A DNA stretch of 63,924 nt, counting the filler, from Octopus bimaculoides (lineage: Eukaryota), in assembly GCF_001194135.2 (NCBI RefSeq). It is 6 parts of 6 records of this genome, joined end to end, with 100 filler letters (N's around TTAATTAATTAA, not from the genome) between each part and the next. Parts side by side here need not be neighbours in the genome. Positions count along the whole stretch, not along the records: positions 16,354 to 45,491 come from NC_068981.1; positions 45,592 to 57,205 come from NC_068992.1; 4 more parts are not named here. One strand, written 5' to 3'. Of the stretch, positions 35,892-49,734 are shown one piece after another (position 1 is the first letter of the stretch; the number at the start of each line of letters is the position of its first letter). A program made the translations under genes and the position numbers. The notes under the pieces were generated by a model. The model saw nothing but the letters and a program-made list of their open reading frames with translations, searched no databases and was not told where the DNA came from.

Positions 35892-37536
35892 GTCTTGATG
35901 GTCAGGCAGACAGATTAAACAGTTACTGATTACATTTATTAATTAGGTCCTTCAAATGCCACTAGGGTTGGCTTTGCATTTCATCCTTCTGAGGCTGGTA
36001 ATATAAGTATCAGTTCAATACTGGGGTCAGTGTAATCAACTTCTTTCTCCTCTCCCAATTTCTTTTCTTGTCTCCTTGTGTCCCAATTCCCCCCTCCCCC
36101 ATGCCGTAGGACTCATAAAGCCAGTTACTCTGTTTCCGTGGTGTGTTAGTGACTAAAATCACAATATTCCCCTTGAACAGGTTGTCAATCTGTTGCAGGT
36201 GTTCACGGTTAGCAATTTTGAAGTGGGATTGGATGGATTAGTCAATGCCATGAACCTCAACACTTGATTGATATATAACAATGTCTAGAGTGATGATGGC
36301 TCATACATATAGATTGATTGATGCTTTGCATTATTGACTCAGGAACGATTAAGGCAAAGTCATCCTTTGCAAGTTTTGAATTCAGAACTCCAATAAGCAG
36401 CATTCCTGTGTTCTGCCAAAATTTGAAACCAATGTTCATTCTGGTTCTTTAGAATGAATATCAGTTTCAAATTTTAGCACAAGGCCAGCAATTTCAGAGG
36501 AGGGGTTAAGTCAATTACATCAACCCCAGTTCTCAGTTGGTGCTTATTTTATTGACCCTGAAGGATGAAAGACAAAGTCGACCTCAGCAGAATTTGAACC
36601 AGAACAAATATTGCAAGGCATTTTTCTGACATTCTAAGCTTTATATTTGTCTATGGGTTTTCTATCAAGTGATCTAATTTTGAATTTCACGTTTTTTTTA
36701 TTCTTTTACATGTTTCAGCCCTAAAACTGTGGCTATGCTGAAATGCCGCCATGTTACCCCCCCCCTTTTTTTTTTCTCACTTTCATAAATATTGATTGAG
36801 AAAACATACAATTACAGTTGCCACTATGAAATGATATATAACAATGTCTGGAGTGATGATGGCTCATACATATAGAAAGAACTTTGACATTATTATCAGC
36901 TTGACCTTTCAGGTTAATGATAATGTAACCTAGTTTTGGTGTTGAAGCAGTGAATTTTATAGTGTAAAGTAAAATAAAAGAATAGTCCAAAAAATTGGAC
37001 TACTTAACATATTTATTTAATGCGGGGTAACATTAAAAGCTAATTAAAATTAATTATGCAATGAGGAAAAGACTTTAGCTCCGTGACTAATATTATTTTA
37101 ACCCTTTTTGTGTAGCACAAGGAAAAAAATAGTTTCTAAATTTTAACTGAAGTTTGATCCATTGAATCTTACAGGATACAGGGCAACTTCACTTGTGCTG
37201 GTCCCATGATAAAATGCATCCAATACACTCTAAAACTGCAGTAAATGAACAGTGATGTCTCGACAAGGGTGCTTACACACATACACATCATTAGCTTCTT
37301 TCAATTTCCATCTACCAAATTCACTCACAAGGCTTTGGTCAACCAAGACCTATTATGAAAATACTTTCCTCAGGTGCCACTCAGTAGGACTGAACCCAAA
37401 GCTGCACAGCCAGGAAGGAAGTTTCTTAACCACGCAGTTACTCATGCACCTTTAAGTTTGTGTTTGTGATCAATATTTAACAGAAACAAATATTAGTTCA
37501 CTCATATTTGACAAAGCTTTTTCAATTATTTCTTAC

Positions 37537-37637
37537 CTGGTAAGAGTAAGCAATTGACTACCTGTGAAATGAGGCATACTAAATGATGCTGTTAAAATAT
37601 GGACTGGTCTGGCAATAGCTTGGTTCAGTTTAAATTT
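37537..37637 (-). CDS. Putative exon of an unidentified gene: KFKLNQAIARPVHILTASFSMPHFTGSQLLTLT
   Basis: ttttctgtatggtttag / CAG|gtaaga, 101 nt, phase 0-2. Phase-compatible with the exon at 33970. Confidence 0.5.
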
Positions 37638-40600
37638 CTAAACCATACAGAAAAGCTATTCTCTTTACCATGTCAGAAAATTACTTTCCAAACTAGGAAT
37701 AATTTACACAGTTGAATAATTTTGCATGGGTGATCAATAAATACATTGACACCTTCAATAAGCTTCAGTAGTTGACCAATAGCTTTTGATACTACTGTAT
37801 GTTTCTATGACACACCAGTAACCGACTAAATGTTCTATCGCTGCAGTGAAAATGACAAGTGCAGCTGACTTCTACTCATAATGTGTACCACTATTTGTGG
37901 TACGACACATCATCATCTGATAACCACTCTTACTGCACAGAGTCAATGTTGAACCAGTTGCTGCACTTTGTAAATGTTTCATCATTATGTAATCTCTACT
38001 TCTTTTCAGGAATTTCAAATTTTGTAAATTTAATGAAACGAGTTTCATGTTTCATTTATTTATTTATTTTCTTTCGTTTTTTTTTTTTTTGTCCTGGTTA
38101 ATGTTTGTGACTCATGCCATCCTCTCTTGTGAAGAAGATGGTTGAAGTATGTATTTCTCATATTTGCACAAAGAATCAATAGAGCAGCATTTTCATCCAT
38201 AAAACATGAGTCATCCAAATCTGTTTGTTATGTTTTAATAGAATGCATTAGATATTTATGACTGATTGCATTTAGAAGTGCTGAATTTAGATCCACAACT
38301 TGTGTTATAAGTTGATATTTATTATTGAAAAATAGCCATGCAACTCTCTTGTAAGGTCTTGGTATTTACCGTATTATAATGAATAGTTTTATTAGCCTTC
38401 CTTATATGTAGTGTATGAGTTATTTTGAAGTGTATGATGGAGTTCAAAATAATTGATCAAGTTTTGTTACTAATATAGTATCACTAATGTACACACACAC
38501 ACACACTCACACACAAAATAGTATCATTTATTCTGACTATCTCTCATTTTAGTCAGTTTCATTTTCTTCTATTCTTCATGATGTCCCACAGTTATAGTTT
38601 GTCAAAATATTTTTTTAAGATACCATAAATTCATGTCTGTCATTAAGCCAATTGACTATTTGTCATGTTTCTAATAACTGGTATTTAATCAACTTGACTA
38701 AACTACTTCCTTCAGTTTACTAACATAATTCTGACCCAAATATATTTCAATCCAATGGTTTAGTTATTAACTCTTTAGTCTTTAACTGACCATATCTGGC
38801 CCAAATATGCCTCTTGTTCTAAGTTCAAACTGATTAGGTCTAGCCTCTCACACCTACCCTACAATCACATCATAAAAATAGACAATAACATCATCGAAAT
38901 CTCAAAGCGATTAGACAATACATGACTTATTCAAAACAATATGAATAAATAAGCTTTACACTTGGCAGAGTAATTTGAACATTAAAGGGTTAAACTTAGA
39001 CTACCACATTATTTAACTTCACATATTTCATTCCAGGGTGTCTGGAGTTAAATGGTATAATTTCCATCATGAATTTACTTGATTATCTTATAACTATGTT
39101 TATGCATTATTTTCAAGCTGTTTTAGATACCCTATTTGATATAAATCAACCAATGAATCTTGCTAGATGCTATCAAGAGAATTACCAAAATAGATCCTTT
39201 GTGATTTCAACATCACCAACAACCATCATAGTCATCATCATCATCTTCATCTTTTCCATTTTCATTAAACTACTTTATAATAATTAATAAAACAATCAAA
39301 TCATATTTGTTGAAGAAAAATAGTTTTTGAAATCATGTCTTCAGAAATAACCAGTTTGTCTCTAAATAACTTCCAATGCAGTGACTGGTCAGAAATAAAT
39401 TGGTATCTTGCAGCATTTCAACATTGCAAGTTCAAGCACCATTTGGATTTAGTCTAATGTTTATCTCTACAATCAATAAAATAGTACCAGTAATTTCATT
39501 GGGCTCAATATAGATCAGCTATACCCCCAACTAAACCAAATAACTTAGCTACATACTACCTTCATCTAGTCTTATCCAATGTGTCCATCCTTTTCTCAAC
39601 TCTCATTTCCCTTTCTGTTTCTCAGTGTTTCCAATGACACTCTTTCTAGAGCTATCACCATCTGGAAATTTCTCTATATTCATACTTTTTCCTGCAAACA
39701 TTAACTTGAAGAAATTCAAGGCAAGCATTTTCCACTTAGACTTCACCCATGTGGAAGAACCTTCAAAGATCACAAGTGATACTCTGCTTCCTCTAAAAAA
39801 AAAAAAAAAAAAAATGCCAGTTTTTGTTGGTGATGCTGTTTTACTTCAAGTCAGATCTGATTGAACAGTAGAACTATGATCTGAGACATTCCAATCATAA
39901 TCATCCTGTTTTTTCAGATCGTTGTGTATCCCAAGCTACATTATCCAAAGTGATCTTTCATTTCTAAGATGGTAATGCATAGTTTGTTGGAAATTTGACT
40001 GTTATTTCTTGCTGGTCAAATGACCATGTGAAGGATCCCTTGTCAGCTCAGTTAAACCATGGTTGTAATCGTGTGTGAGTGTGTGTGTACTTTTTGAAGT
40101 ATTGTCATCAACATTTAACATGTGTTTTTTTTTTTTATGCTGACATGGGTTGGATGCTTTGACAGAAGCTGGTAAGCCAGAGGACTGTACCCAGCTCCAA
40201 TGTCTGCTTAAATATGGTTTTGATGGTTCGATACCCTTCCTTACACAAATCACTTCACAGAGTGTACTGGGCACATTTTACCTGGCACCAGCTCTAGCCA
40301 GGTTACCAAGTAACTCGCTAGATAAAACCCTTCATAGGAGGTACATGTAGTATCAAGGGAGATGGTTTTGTGCCAGTTGAGGAGAGATCAAAGCATGATA
40401 GAGAGACAGAAACAGGTATCTTGTTATCATTCTGTGATAATGTTTCTACCTTACTAGCTTCATTATGTAACTTACTTGGCTCTCTGTCAGTTACGATGAT
40501 GTGTGTTCCAGTTAATCCGATCAACAGAACAGCCAGCTCATGAAATTAACCTGCAAATGGCTGAGCACTCCACAGACACACATACCTTTAATGTAGTTCT

Positions 40601-43600
40601 CAGGGAAATTCAGTGTTACATAGAATGTGATATGGCTGGACCTTTCGATTAAAAGTGCAACTCATTTTTGCCAGCGGAGTGGACTGGAGCAATGTGATAT
40701 AAAGTGTTTTGCTCAAGGATACAATGTGCTGCTGGGATCTCCTAACCATTAAGTCATGCACCTTCACAGCAGACCTATTAACATGCTAATTATAACAATA
40801 GTGTGTCATTAAAATAACTGTTTGTATGTGTCAAACTGAAATCACTTCCTGTTGTTAGAATTTAAAATTTCATACATGTATTTTGATATTGTTAAATCCT
40901 TTTATCTCTTTAGTGACAGATAAATAAAATCAGACTTCCTTGTTTGATCTGTAGACTACTAATTATTCTAAGAATTTTCATATGCAGATTTTTTTCCTAT
41001 AAACATTTCCTATAATTTCTTTGAATGAGAGATCCATTTTAATTCACTTTTAATCATCTTTCTTGATTGTGTTTTCTTATATCTATATTTCTAGATTATA
41101 TTTTCTTTTTCCTGTATTTTATCTTTAGTTGCTTCATTTCTACATATAATCATACTTTGGCCAAATCTGGATTAAGAAACTTTTTTTTTTCCAGCATGGA
41201 ATTTCAACTTTGGTACTCTTCTTTTTTTTTTACCAGTCTGGTCATAACTTATAATTGTCTTTGTATAAATATTATTTCAACTGCTCTAATCTTTGGTCAG
41301 AGGTTCAAATCTTCTACTGGTATTCAGTTAATGTTTCTGAGTTGAATAGTTTATTCTATATTGTCTACTTTTTTTAGCCATGGAGGTTACTCTTTTCGCT
41401 TTGCAAGCTACCAGGTGATCCCACCAGTGCTGGGGCTATGAAAAAAAGCACTCTATACACTCTGTAAGTGACTGATAAATGAAATTAGTTTGTGATAGCT
41501 TGAAAGGGCTCTTTAGCTTTGTCTAAGGAAAGACAGCTTCTGTAGCACTGGTGTCATGAAAAAAATACAACCAATACACTCACTAAAGTGATTGGTGTTA
41601 GGAAGGGCACCCAGCCATAGAAACCATGCCAAAGTTGAGACATTGGGGCAGCAAGATTTGGTCTTCTAATTTGTCACTTCATGTCAATATGTCCAGCCCA
41701 TGTCTGCATGAAAAACAAACAAAATGGTGATGTCTGAGCTCTAGAATAGCTATCAAACCATTTGTAAACATTGCCTTCTCCAAACTTTCATTCTGCCCAT
41801 AGGATTTATTTCTTACCCACAAATCCAGAGCTAAGCTGTAGCCCATCAAAAGCCTGGGTGAGGCTTTGAAAGTATTTACAAATGCTTTTTTACATTTCAG
41901 AAATGTAGATGTATGATTCTTACTTTTTCTTATTTTTTTATTGTAACATTTCAGTTCTATAGTTTTCTCATGACATGAAACTGGAATTTTCTCACATCAT
42001 TTCTTTGGTAGTTTTCTACTTTGAATAAATTTTATCTTTACAGAAAAGCATAGTCAGAAAACAACCTGGTTAGTGACCTTTTTGAAGACAAAGTGTACTG
42101 ATCTTTTTACACAACAAAAGCCAGGTTCACTAAATAATAATGATGATAATAATAATAAGTGTTAGTATTTAAAATTACATAAAAAAGAAAATGTCTTCAT
42201 AATCAAGAAAAAGATATATTTTTTAAAAGATTGGCTTTTTTTATCTTTCTATCACAAAGATGGCATGCGAGCTGATTAGCCCAATTGTTCTGTTTATATT
42301 AAGGAGAAGGAATAGTTGTGTTGTTAATATGACTCAATAGAATTTGTCATTTATATTGTATTTCTTTTAGTCTGGTATACACAATTTAGGCAGTATTAAA
42401 TTACAACAGCTAACTATATATCATACTTAATGTATGCACACTGTTAATAAGCCTGATACTGCAGTATATGTCTTGAGATAGCATTTCTTATGGAAATAAA
42501 GTGTCTTTTTCAACAACACAACACCTAGCTCTGTCTGAGAATCAAGTTCACAACCTCACAATCGTAACCCTGATGCTCTAACTCCACTGAGTCATGTGCC
42601 TTCTTTAGAGCAAATTCAAAAGTTTATAGCCTAAAATATATTTTAGGTTGTAAATAATTTAACCTACAGAATGTTTAGTACTAACTATTTTGTTCATTAC
42701 TTCATGTATCCGGGTTTTGAAATAAACCATGTCCCTCTGTAAGAGACAGCTAAAAGGGGTTGGCAACAGGGAGGGCATCCTGCTACAGCACTACCTCAGA
42801 AAATACTGTTCCAATCCATGCCAGAATATGAAAGCAGGAAGTAAAAGACTACTGATGCTGATTGCTGGTAGTCTTTTGTCGTCTGAGAAAGTTGGTTCAG
42901 CAGTTTCTTGTTAAACAACCTGCACAAGATTCGTTTATGTATGTGTTATATATTAGCTCATTCCCTGCATCAGATCGGTGTTGTCTGAATAGGTGCATGG
43001 TGGGCTGCACATCAGGTATTGAAGTAATCACAGAGCAACGAGAGATGAAATGTTTTGCTCAAAAACCCAATGCACCACTTGGACCAGGAATTGAAACCAT
43101 GATCTTGTAATCGTGAATGCAACACCTTAACCACTAAGCCATGTGGCATCACTGCTGCTAATTACTGCTTTATTTAATAGCTATAAATGAATAACCTGTT
43201 TATTAAATGTAATTTTATTTACACGGTGCCTCTAGTTACTTCTCATCACATACCAATGTGGTGCACTGTTTGGGAACCCTTAGAGTGGAACATACCAGTT
43301 GAAATTGTTTGATTTGCTCACATTATGGACCTTCTATGAAAGCCCATGGCTGATAGGATGTTTACTATTCAGTGTCCCTTTGTAGATTGTGGTTATCTGT
43401 GGACCTATTTGTACTTTGGTGAGGTGAAGTAGCAAAATTGTATTGTCTTGTTTGTAGACTCAATAGTTGATCCTTTGACTCATAGCATCCTATCAATTTG
43501 ACTAACCATGACTCAAACAATTCTATTAGGAAGTTTTTGTATGATCTCTCAATCTGCTAAAAATAGTACTAATATCTCTTTCAAATCACAGTTGTTTTAA

Positions 43601-45289
43601 GGAAAGGAAAAATTGGATAGTATGGTTTGGAATGCACACTGTTAAGAAAAAGACAAAAAGACAGAATGGTGGTCATTGTTGGAATGTCTTTGATTAAAAG
43701 CCTTCACAATCAGAATAGCTTCAAAACTAAGCAACAACCTTCACCCAACTATCTTTTAACTTCATCAAAAGACCAAAATTTCCAATTCAGTTATCCTTTC
43801 AGAGAAGTTGTTATTGTTGATTTCTAATAAAGCATTTACACAAAACTATCATTGTATACTTGCTCACCCCATCTTTATGATGATGTTAATGATAATGATA
43901 ATGGTGAATGGAGTAAGTCTATACCAGTGATCACCCTTTCTTTATTTGGCATTGCTCTTTCATCTAGAAACGAAACAAAACTCTTTATATTATGTTGTTT
44001 ATGCTAAAGGACCAAATAGTATACTTTTAACATTTGTTGTTTAGGGAAATCAGCTATTTTGGTAAATTAGTAAGTTTCAGTTATTTTGATAAAAGAAAAA
44101 AAAAAAAAGCAAATAGAACATATATGAAACTATTCCCTGGAGAAAAACTTTAGAATATCTTTGTAGATTATTTTTTAAGGTTCCAGGCATAAAATTTAGA
44201 TCTTAGAATTTCTCATAATCTAACAACAAACCAAATATCCTCAAGTGATATATTGTTATCTATCTACATCTATTTTACCATTTTCCTTGGTCCTCCCTGT
44301 AGTTAAGGGATTTAGGTGCTATTTCTATTTCACGCACTTACTCTTCTACTTGTTTCAGTCATTTGACTGCAGCCATGCTGGAGTACCGCCTTTAGTCGAG
44401 CAAATCGACCCCAGGACTTATTCTTTGTAAGCCTAGTACTTATTCTATCGGGCTCTTTTGCCAAACTGCTAAGCCACAGGTCGTAAACACACCAGCATCG
44501 GTTGTCAAGTGATGTTGGGGGGACAAACACAGACACACAAACATATACACACACATACATATATATATATATACACACACATACATATATATATATATAC
44601 ACACATATATATGATGGGCTTCTTTCAGTTTCTGTCTACCAAATCCACTCACAAGGCTTTGGTCGGCTCGAGGCTATAGTAGAAGACACTTGCCCAAGGT
44701 GCCACGCAGTGGGACTGAACCTAGAACCATGTGGTTGGTAAGCAAGCTACTTACCACACAGTAAAAATAAGGATAATAAAGTTGGATACATATATAAATA
44801 AGATTTAGCAAAATTGGAATAAAGTAACAAAAGAAATAAAAACAAAGTAGAATAAGAGTTAGAGATAAAATACTATAGAGTTGAGAACAGGCTGTTGGCT
44901 TGGATGGGATTGTAGTAGTCATAAATAATTTCTTAGCTAGACCACTGGTTGAAATATAGATTAAGGTTGTAATTTGATATTGTGCTGAATGGTCAGTTTA
45001 CCCAAACTCACCACTAAACATTCCTAGCTTTATAAACTTATCTATTACATCGGTACATACACATACTTAGAAGTCATAGTATATGTATATGTGTGTATAC
45101 ACACGCACTCATACGGATACATCCAGTAACATGCTAACATGCTCGAGCGTATACACGTTACGCCTCATTGCGCAGAGCTCTAAGTACATGAATATACACA
45201 TACATCTCCACACATATCTTACAGTTACATCCTAGTAACCATATACGTACACTCACATAAACTTAAGCACACATACAGATATAGATATA

Positions 45290-45491
45290 TCTCCATGCAT
45301 AGTATCCACATACATTGGGAGAATTCACAAAAAAAGCAAAAGACAAAGACAGGTAGTGTAGACAACAAACAGATATATTAGTATAACGCTCGGGAAGTGA
45401 AAAAGTCTTTAACATTTCGAGCCTGCGCTCTTCCACAGAAAGAAACAAGGAGAGAAAAAAAGAAAGTGTAGTGGCTAGCGATCTATCATAT
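45290..45491 (-). mobile_element. Penelope-like element end with a degenerate minimal hammerhead
   Basis: Minus strand reads TCTTT-CTGTGGA-A-GAGC-GCAG-GCTC-GAAATGTT-AAAGA at 45443-45406. Confidence 0.55.
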
Positions 45492-45660
45492 NNNNNNNNN
45501 NNNNNNNNNNNNNNNNNNNNNNNNNNNNNNNNNNNTTAATTAATTAANNNNNNNNNNNNNNNNNNNNNNNNNNNNNNNNNNNNNNNNNNNNGTAGTCTAG
45601 ACGGCGTTTTTAGATTTCATTATTCTCTTTAACCCGGGCAAAGCCGGATATTTCTGCTAG

Positions 45661-45705
<45 letters not shown>

Positions 45706-47642
45706 ATGTGTATGTTTGTGTGTCTGTGTTTGTCGCCCCAACATCGCTTGACAACCGACGCTGGTGTGTTTACGTCTCCGTAACTTAGCGGTTCAGCAAA
45801 AAGCGACCGAAAGAATAAGTCCTGGGATCGATTTGCTCGACTAAAGGCGGTGCTCCAGCATGGCCGCAGTCAAATGACTGAAACGAGTTAAAGAGTATAA
45901 GATTGATTTTACACCATATTTACAATATATGAATGGATACCAACCAACAAGCGAAAAGTATTTAAAAAATATGAGAAGTCTCTTCCGGAGGACTTTCGGG
46001 TCGTTCTAGCCATGGCTGTACTATACTGGTTTCGAAATTGTATATCTGAGATCAAGACAGATATTTTGAAGGAGATTTAGCGACTAAGTAAGGCAATACT
46101 GTAAAATATGCCTGTTCGAGACACACTCTCTAGGTAACAGTCGAACCTGCCCGAGGTACGTGGAAACCGTTCTGCATGCAATCGTTCAGTATTAGTACAT
46201 TAGCAACTTATGGGCTTATTTTGAGCAGTTACTGTCTCGTGTAAGAGGAATCCAGCCGTCCGCCGCCGAGTATATAGGAAGATCGATTCACCTCTTTCTT
46301 TTGGCAGAAAAAAACAGGCATCTCTTTTTCTGCTAGGGGTCGGTTTCTTCGACTAAAGGGCGATGCTCCAGCATAGCCACCGCCAACTGACTGAAACAAG
46401 TAAAAGAATACCTGAAGAACGTTCCGTACCACTAAACCAAGAAGTTTCTTTGAATATGTGCGATGTATTTTAAGGCTAAATAGTAATTCTGTTTACGTTT
46501 GCTTTGAGTCAAAATTTGAAACCAGTATTACTGATTCTTAGAAAGTAGTGGAGTTTCAGAATCGTTAAAATGTCGGATTATTCCAGTCCTTTACTGTCTG
46601 AGTTCAAGTCGCGCCGGGGTCAGTTTTGGTTTCTCTTCCATTCGCTGACGATAAAATATAGTACCACTCAAGTACTGGAGTAGATGGTATCGACTAACCC
46701 CTTCAAAATTTCTGGCTTTGTGCCTAAATCAGAAACCCCTATTTTCGATCCGTGGAGGATGGAATGCGAAAATTGATTTCGGAGGAATTCGAACATCGAC
46801 TATGAAAGGAAGAAACTCAATGCAATGCTTTACCATTTTTTTTTTGTCAGCACTATCGTTAACACTTGCTACTTTATATAATTTTCTCCATGAATGGATG
46901 CCTTCTGAGATGTAGCTTTTTAAGGAAGCAAAACAGAAAACCGTTGAATAACTTTTTTTTTTGAAACAGAAATATCTAAAAAATCGTTTGCAATGATTCT
47001 CCTGAGAGACGTAAATTTTTATCTAAGGAAATTTAAAACACCATAAAATTTCCACAGTGCACGGAGAGAATCGTGGATTGGAAGAAATATCTTGGTATCA
47101 CATACAGAATAATGGAACAGGTTTTTAGAATACTTTTATCGCTGTTTTGGTCCAGAGAAGATGATCAACTTTGAAAACTGATATAATTAATGAGGCAAGA
47201 TATAAGTGTAACATGATTTCCTCATTTTTGCTGAATCTCCAAATTTCTTGAAATGCACTGAAACAACATGAAAATTGATATAATTTTGGTTTTTATCTTT
47301 TTTCATCTTTTAGTCCAGGGTGAAATTCTATGTGTCAATTAATGATGGGGGCATAAACAGAACGAACTGTAATATCCCCAAGTGAGATAGTCTGACTGAG
47401 AATTTTGAATAGTTACAGGCATCGCAGAATCATCTCGCATTGGTCTTAATCTCTGAAACCTATTTCTTAGTGCTTTCAACTTGTAATATTTGGTTGGTGC
47501 CGTTATTGTAATTCAGTATATCCGTGCACACTTGATTTACCTAAATTCATTAATTCCGTAAATGAGTGAGTGATTTGAGAGCATCCGCCAGTGGACCATG
47601 CCAACCATGTCTCTTTTAACAACAACAACAACAACAACAAGA

Positions 47643-47695
<53 letters not shown>

Positions 47696-48766
47696 TAGCT
47701 GGACCCGTGAGAAATTCACGGAAAACAAAAAATGTTAGCATCTGTAAACAGTGTACTGGTGCCATGAGAAATGTTTGCATATTATGACCGTCTGTCTTTA
47801 CGTTCTGAGTTCAAATTCTGCCGAGGTCGACTTTACCTTTTGTCCTTTCGGAGTCGATAAATCAAGTGCCAGTTGTGCAATCTTACGCTAGTTACGTTCA
47901 CCCACAGATTGATTCCTAAGGCACTCTCTTTGAAAATCAGACAAGTCTTTTGCTTTTCTTTTGTTCACAGCATGGTTAGTTGCTATAACAATTAATATAC
48001 AGTAATCAGAGATGTAAAACAGAAAGAAAGAAATATATGATACATATTCTTTTCTACCCTAGGCGCAAGGCCCGAAATTTTTGGGGAGGGGGCCAGTCGT
48101 TTCGATCAACCCCAGTACGCAACTGGTACTTAATTTATCGACCCCGAAAGGATGAAAGCCAAAGTCGACCTCGGCGGAATTTGAACTCAGAACGTAAAGA
48201 CAGACGAAATACTGCTAAGCATTTCACCTAGCATGCTCACGTTTCTTATTTCTTTACTGCTCACTAGGGGCTACACACAGAGGGGACAAACAAGGACAGA
48301 CAAACGGATTAAGCCGATTATATCGACCCAGTACGTAAGTGGTACTTAATTTATCGACCCCGAAAGGATGAAAGCCAAAGTCGACCTCGGCGGAATTTGA
48401 ACTCAGAACGTAGCGGCAGACAAAATACCGCTAAGCATTTCACCTGGCGTGCTAACGATTCTGCCAGCTCGCCGCCTTAATATATGACACACATTGACAC
48501 GTTTGAAGTACCAATCGGTGTTCTCGCAGATAAAACGGTATACTGAAGGGCGTCTATTTACTTTTAAGATGTCTGTGTTCATATACACGAATATATGTCC
48601 ACACTGATTTCCTTTGCGCGCAGCATAATTGCACATGTGCTTTTTTTTGTTTTTTTTTAGGTGTTTCCATATGTAGGTGTGTGGTAAGAAGTTTGCTTTC
48701 TAACCATTAGGTTCCGGATTCAATCCCACTGCGTGGCACTTTGGACAAGTGTCTTCTTGTATGTAC

Positions 48767-48821
<55 letters not shown>

Positions 48822-48914
48822 ATTTTTTCCCCACTACCGCTTAGTACATCCCTGTAACTTAGCGGTTTGGCAAAGAAACTGATAGAATACGTACCACACT
48901 TAAAGAAATACGTA

Positions 48915-49148
48915 TCATGGAAATTGTTCGAAAACAATTATTCGAAAAATAGTTATTTGAAATAAATATCATTTGTGTACTTGATTTTTAATTTTATCAT
49001 TTTTGTTTAAAAAAATAAAAAAATTAGAATAAATAACATTTCGTATAATTGTCCTTTTGAATAATTTTCATTCATACAATTTTCCATTCGAATAAATGTT
49101 TTTCGAATAATTGTTCTCGAACAATTATTTTCGAACAATATTCTCATA
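48915..49148. mobile_element. Unclassified MITE with TTCGAA-rich long TIRs
   Basis: aattgttcgaaaacaattattcgaaaaa is inverted with tttttcgaataattgttctcgaacaattattttcgaacaata. Confidence 0.6.
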
Positions 49149-49691
49149 ATCAAGAAATAAATATAGGGGTTGATTCATTCCACTACAAACAAAATTCTCC
49201 AAAGCAGTACCCCAGCATGGCCACAGTCTAATGACTGAAACAGGTAAAAGATAAAATATATCTTAGTTAAGAATTCTCTCGATGGAACATCTGAGATCAA
49301 AGAAGACTAATTCATTGGTTCACGACATTATGAAAGGTGAAAATATCAACATGTGGTTGAGCGTGCACTGAACTCAAAGAAACGGTTGAGATGGATCTAA
49401 TTGTAGCTTGTTGGTGTTTGTTTCATTTACATTATTAATATGTGAGTGCAGAAAGACCCAAGAGAATAAGTAGGTTTTGGCGTCAGGCATCGAGAAGGCG
49501 TGTATAGGTGTAAAAGAACAACTATGTCTTGCACAACGATCTTTCATACTGTGTTGGAACCATAACTCTCTGGTAACTCTCTGGGTTTCAAGAGATTGTA
49601 GGCCGCGTGAACTTTGGAGAACACGGTTATCGTTGCAGCAATCTGTCTCCTGTGAAGTTCGCAGCTGTTGATGTGTAAAGTGCGTGCGTGC

Positions 49692-49734
<43 letters not shown>

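Noticed and set aside
37669-37804. Open stretch KHTVVSKAIGQLLKLIEGVNVFIDHPCK... as a mutually exclusive or extra exon
   Set aside because: The frame closes before the good donor, and the alternative donor leaves only a ~47-nt intron. Not supportable without RNA data.
39000-41400. Protein-like frames on the minus strand as 5' exons of the orphan gene
   Set aside because: Frequent in-frame stops and no consistent splice sites. More likely decayed LINE sequence.
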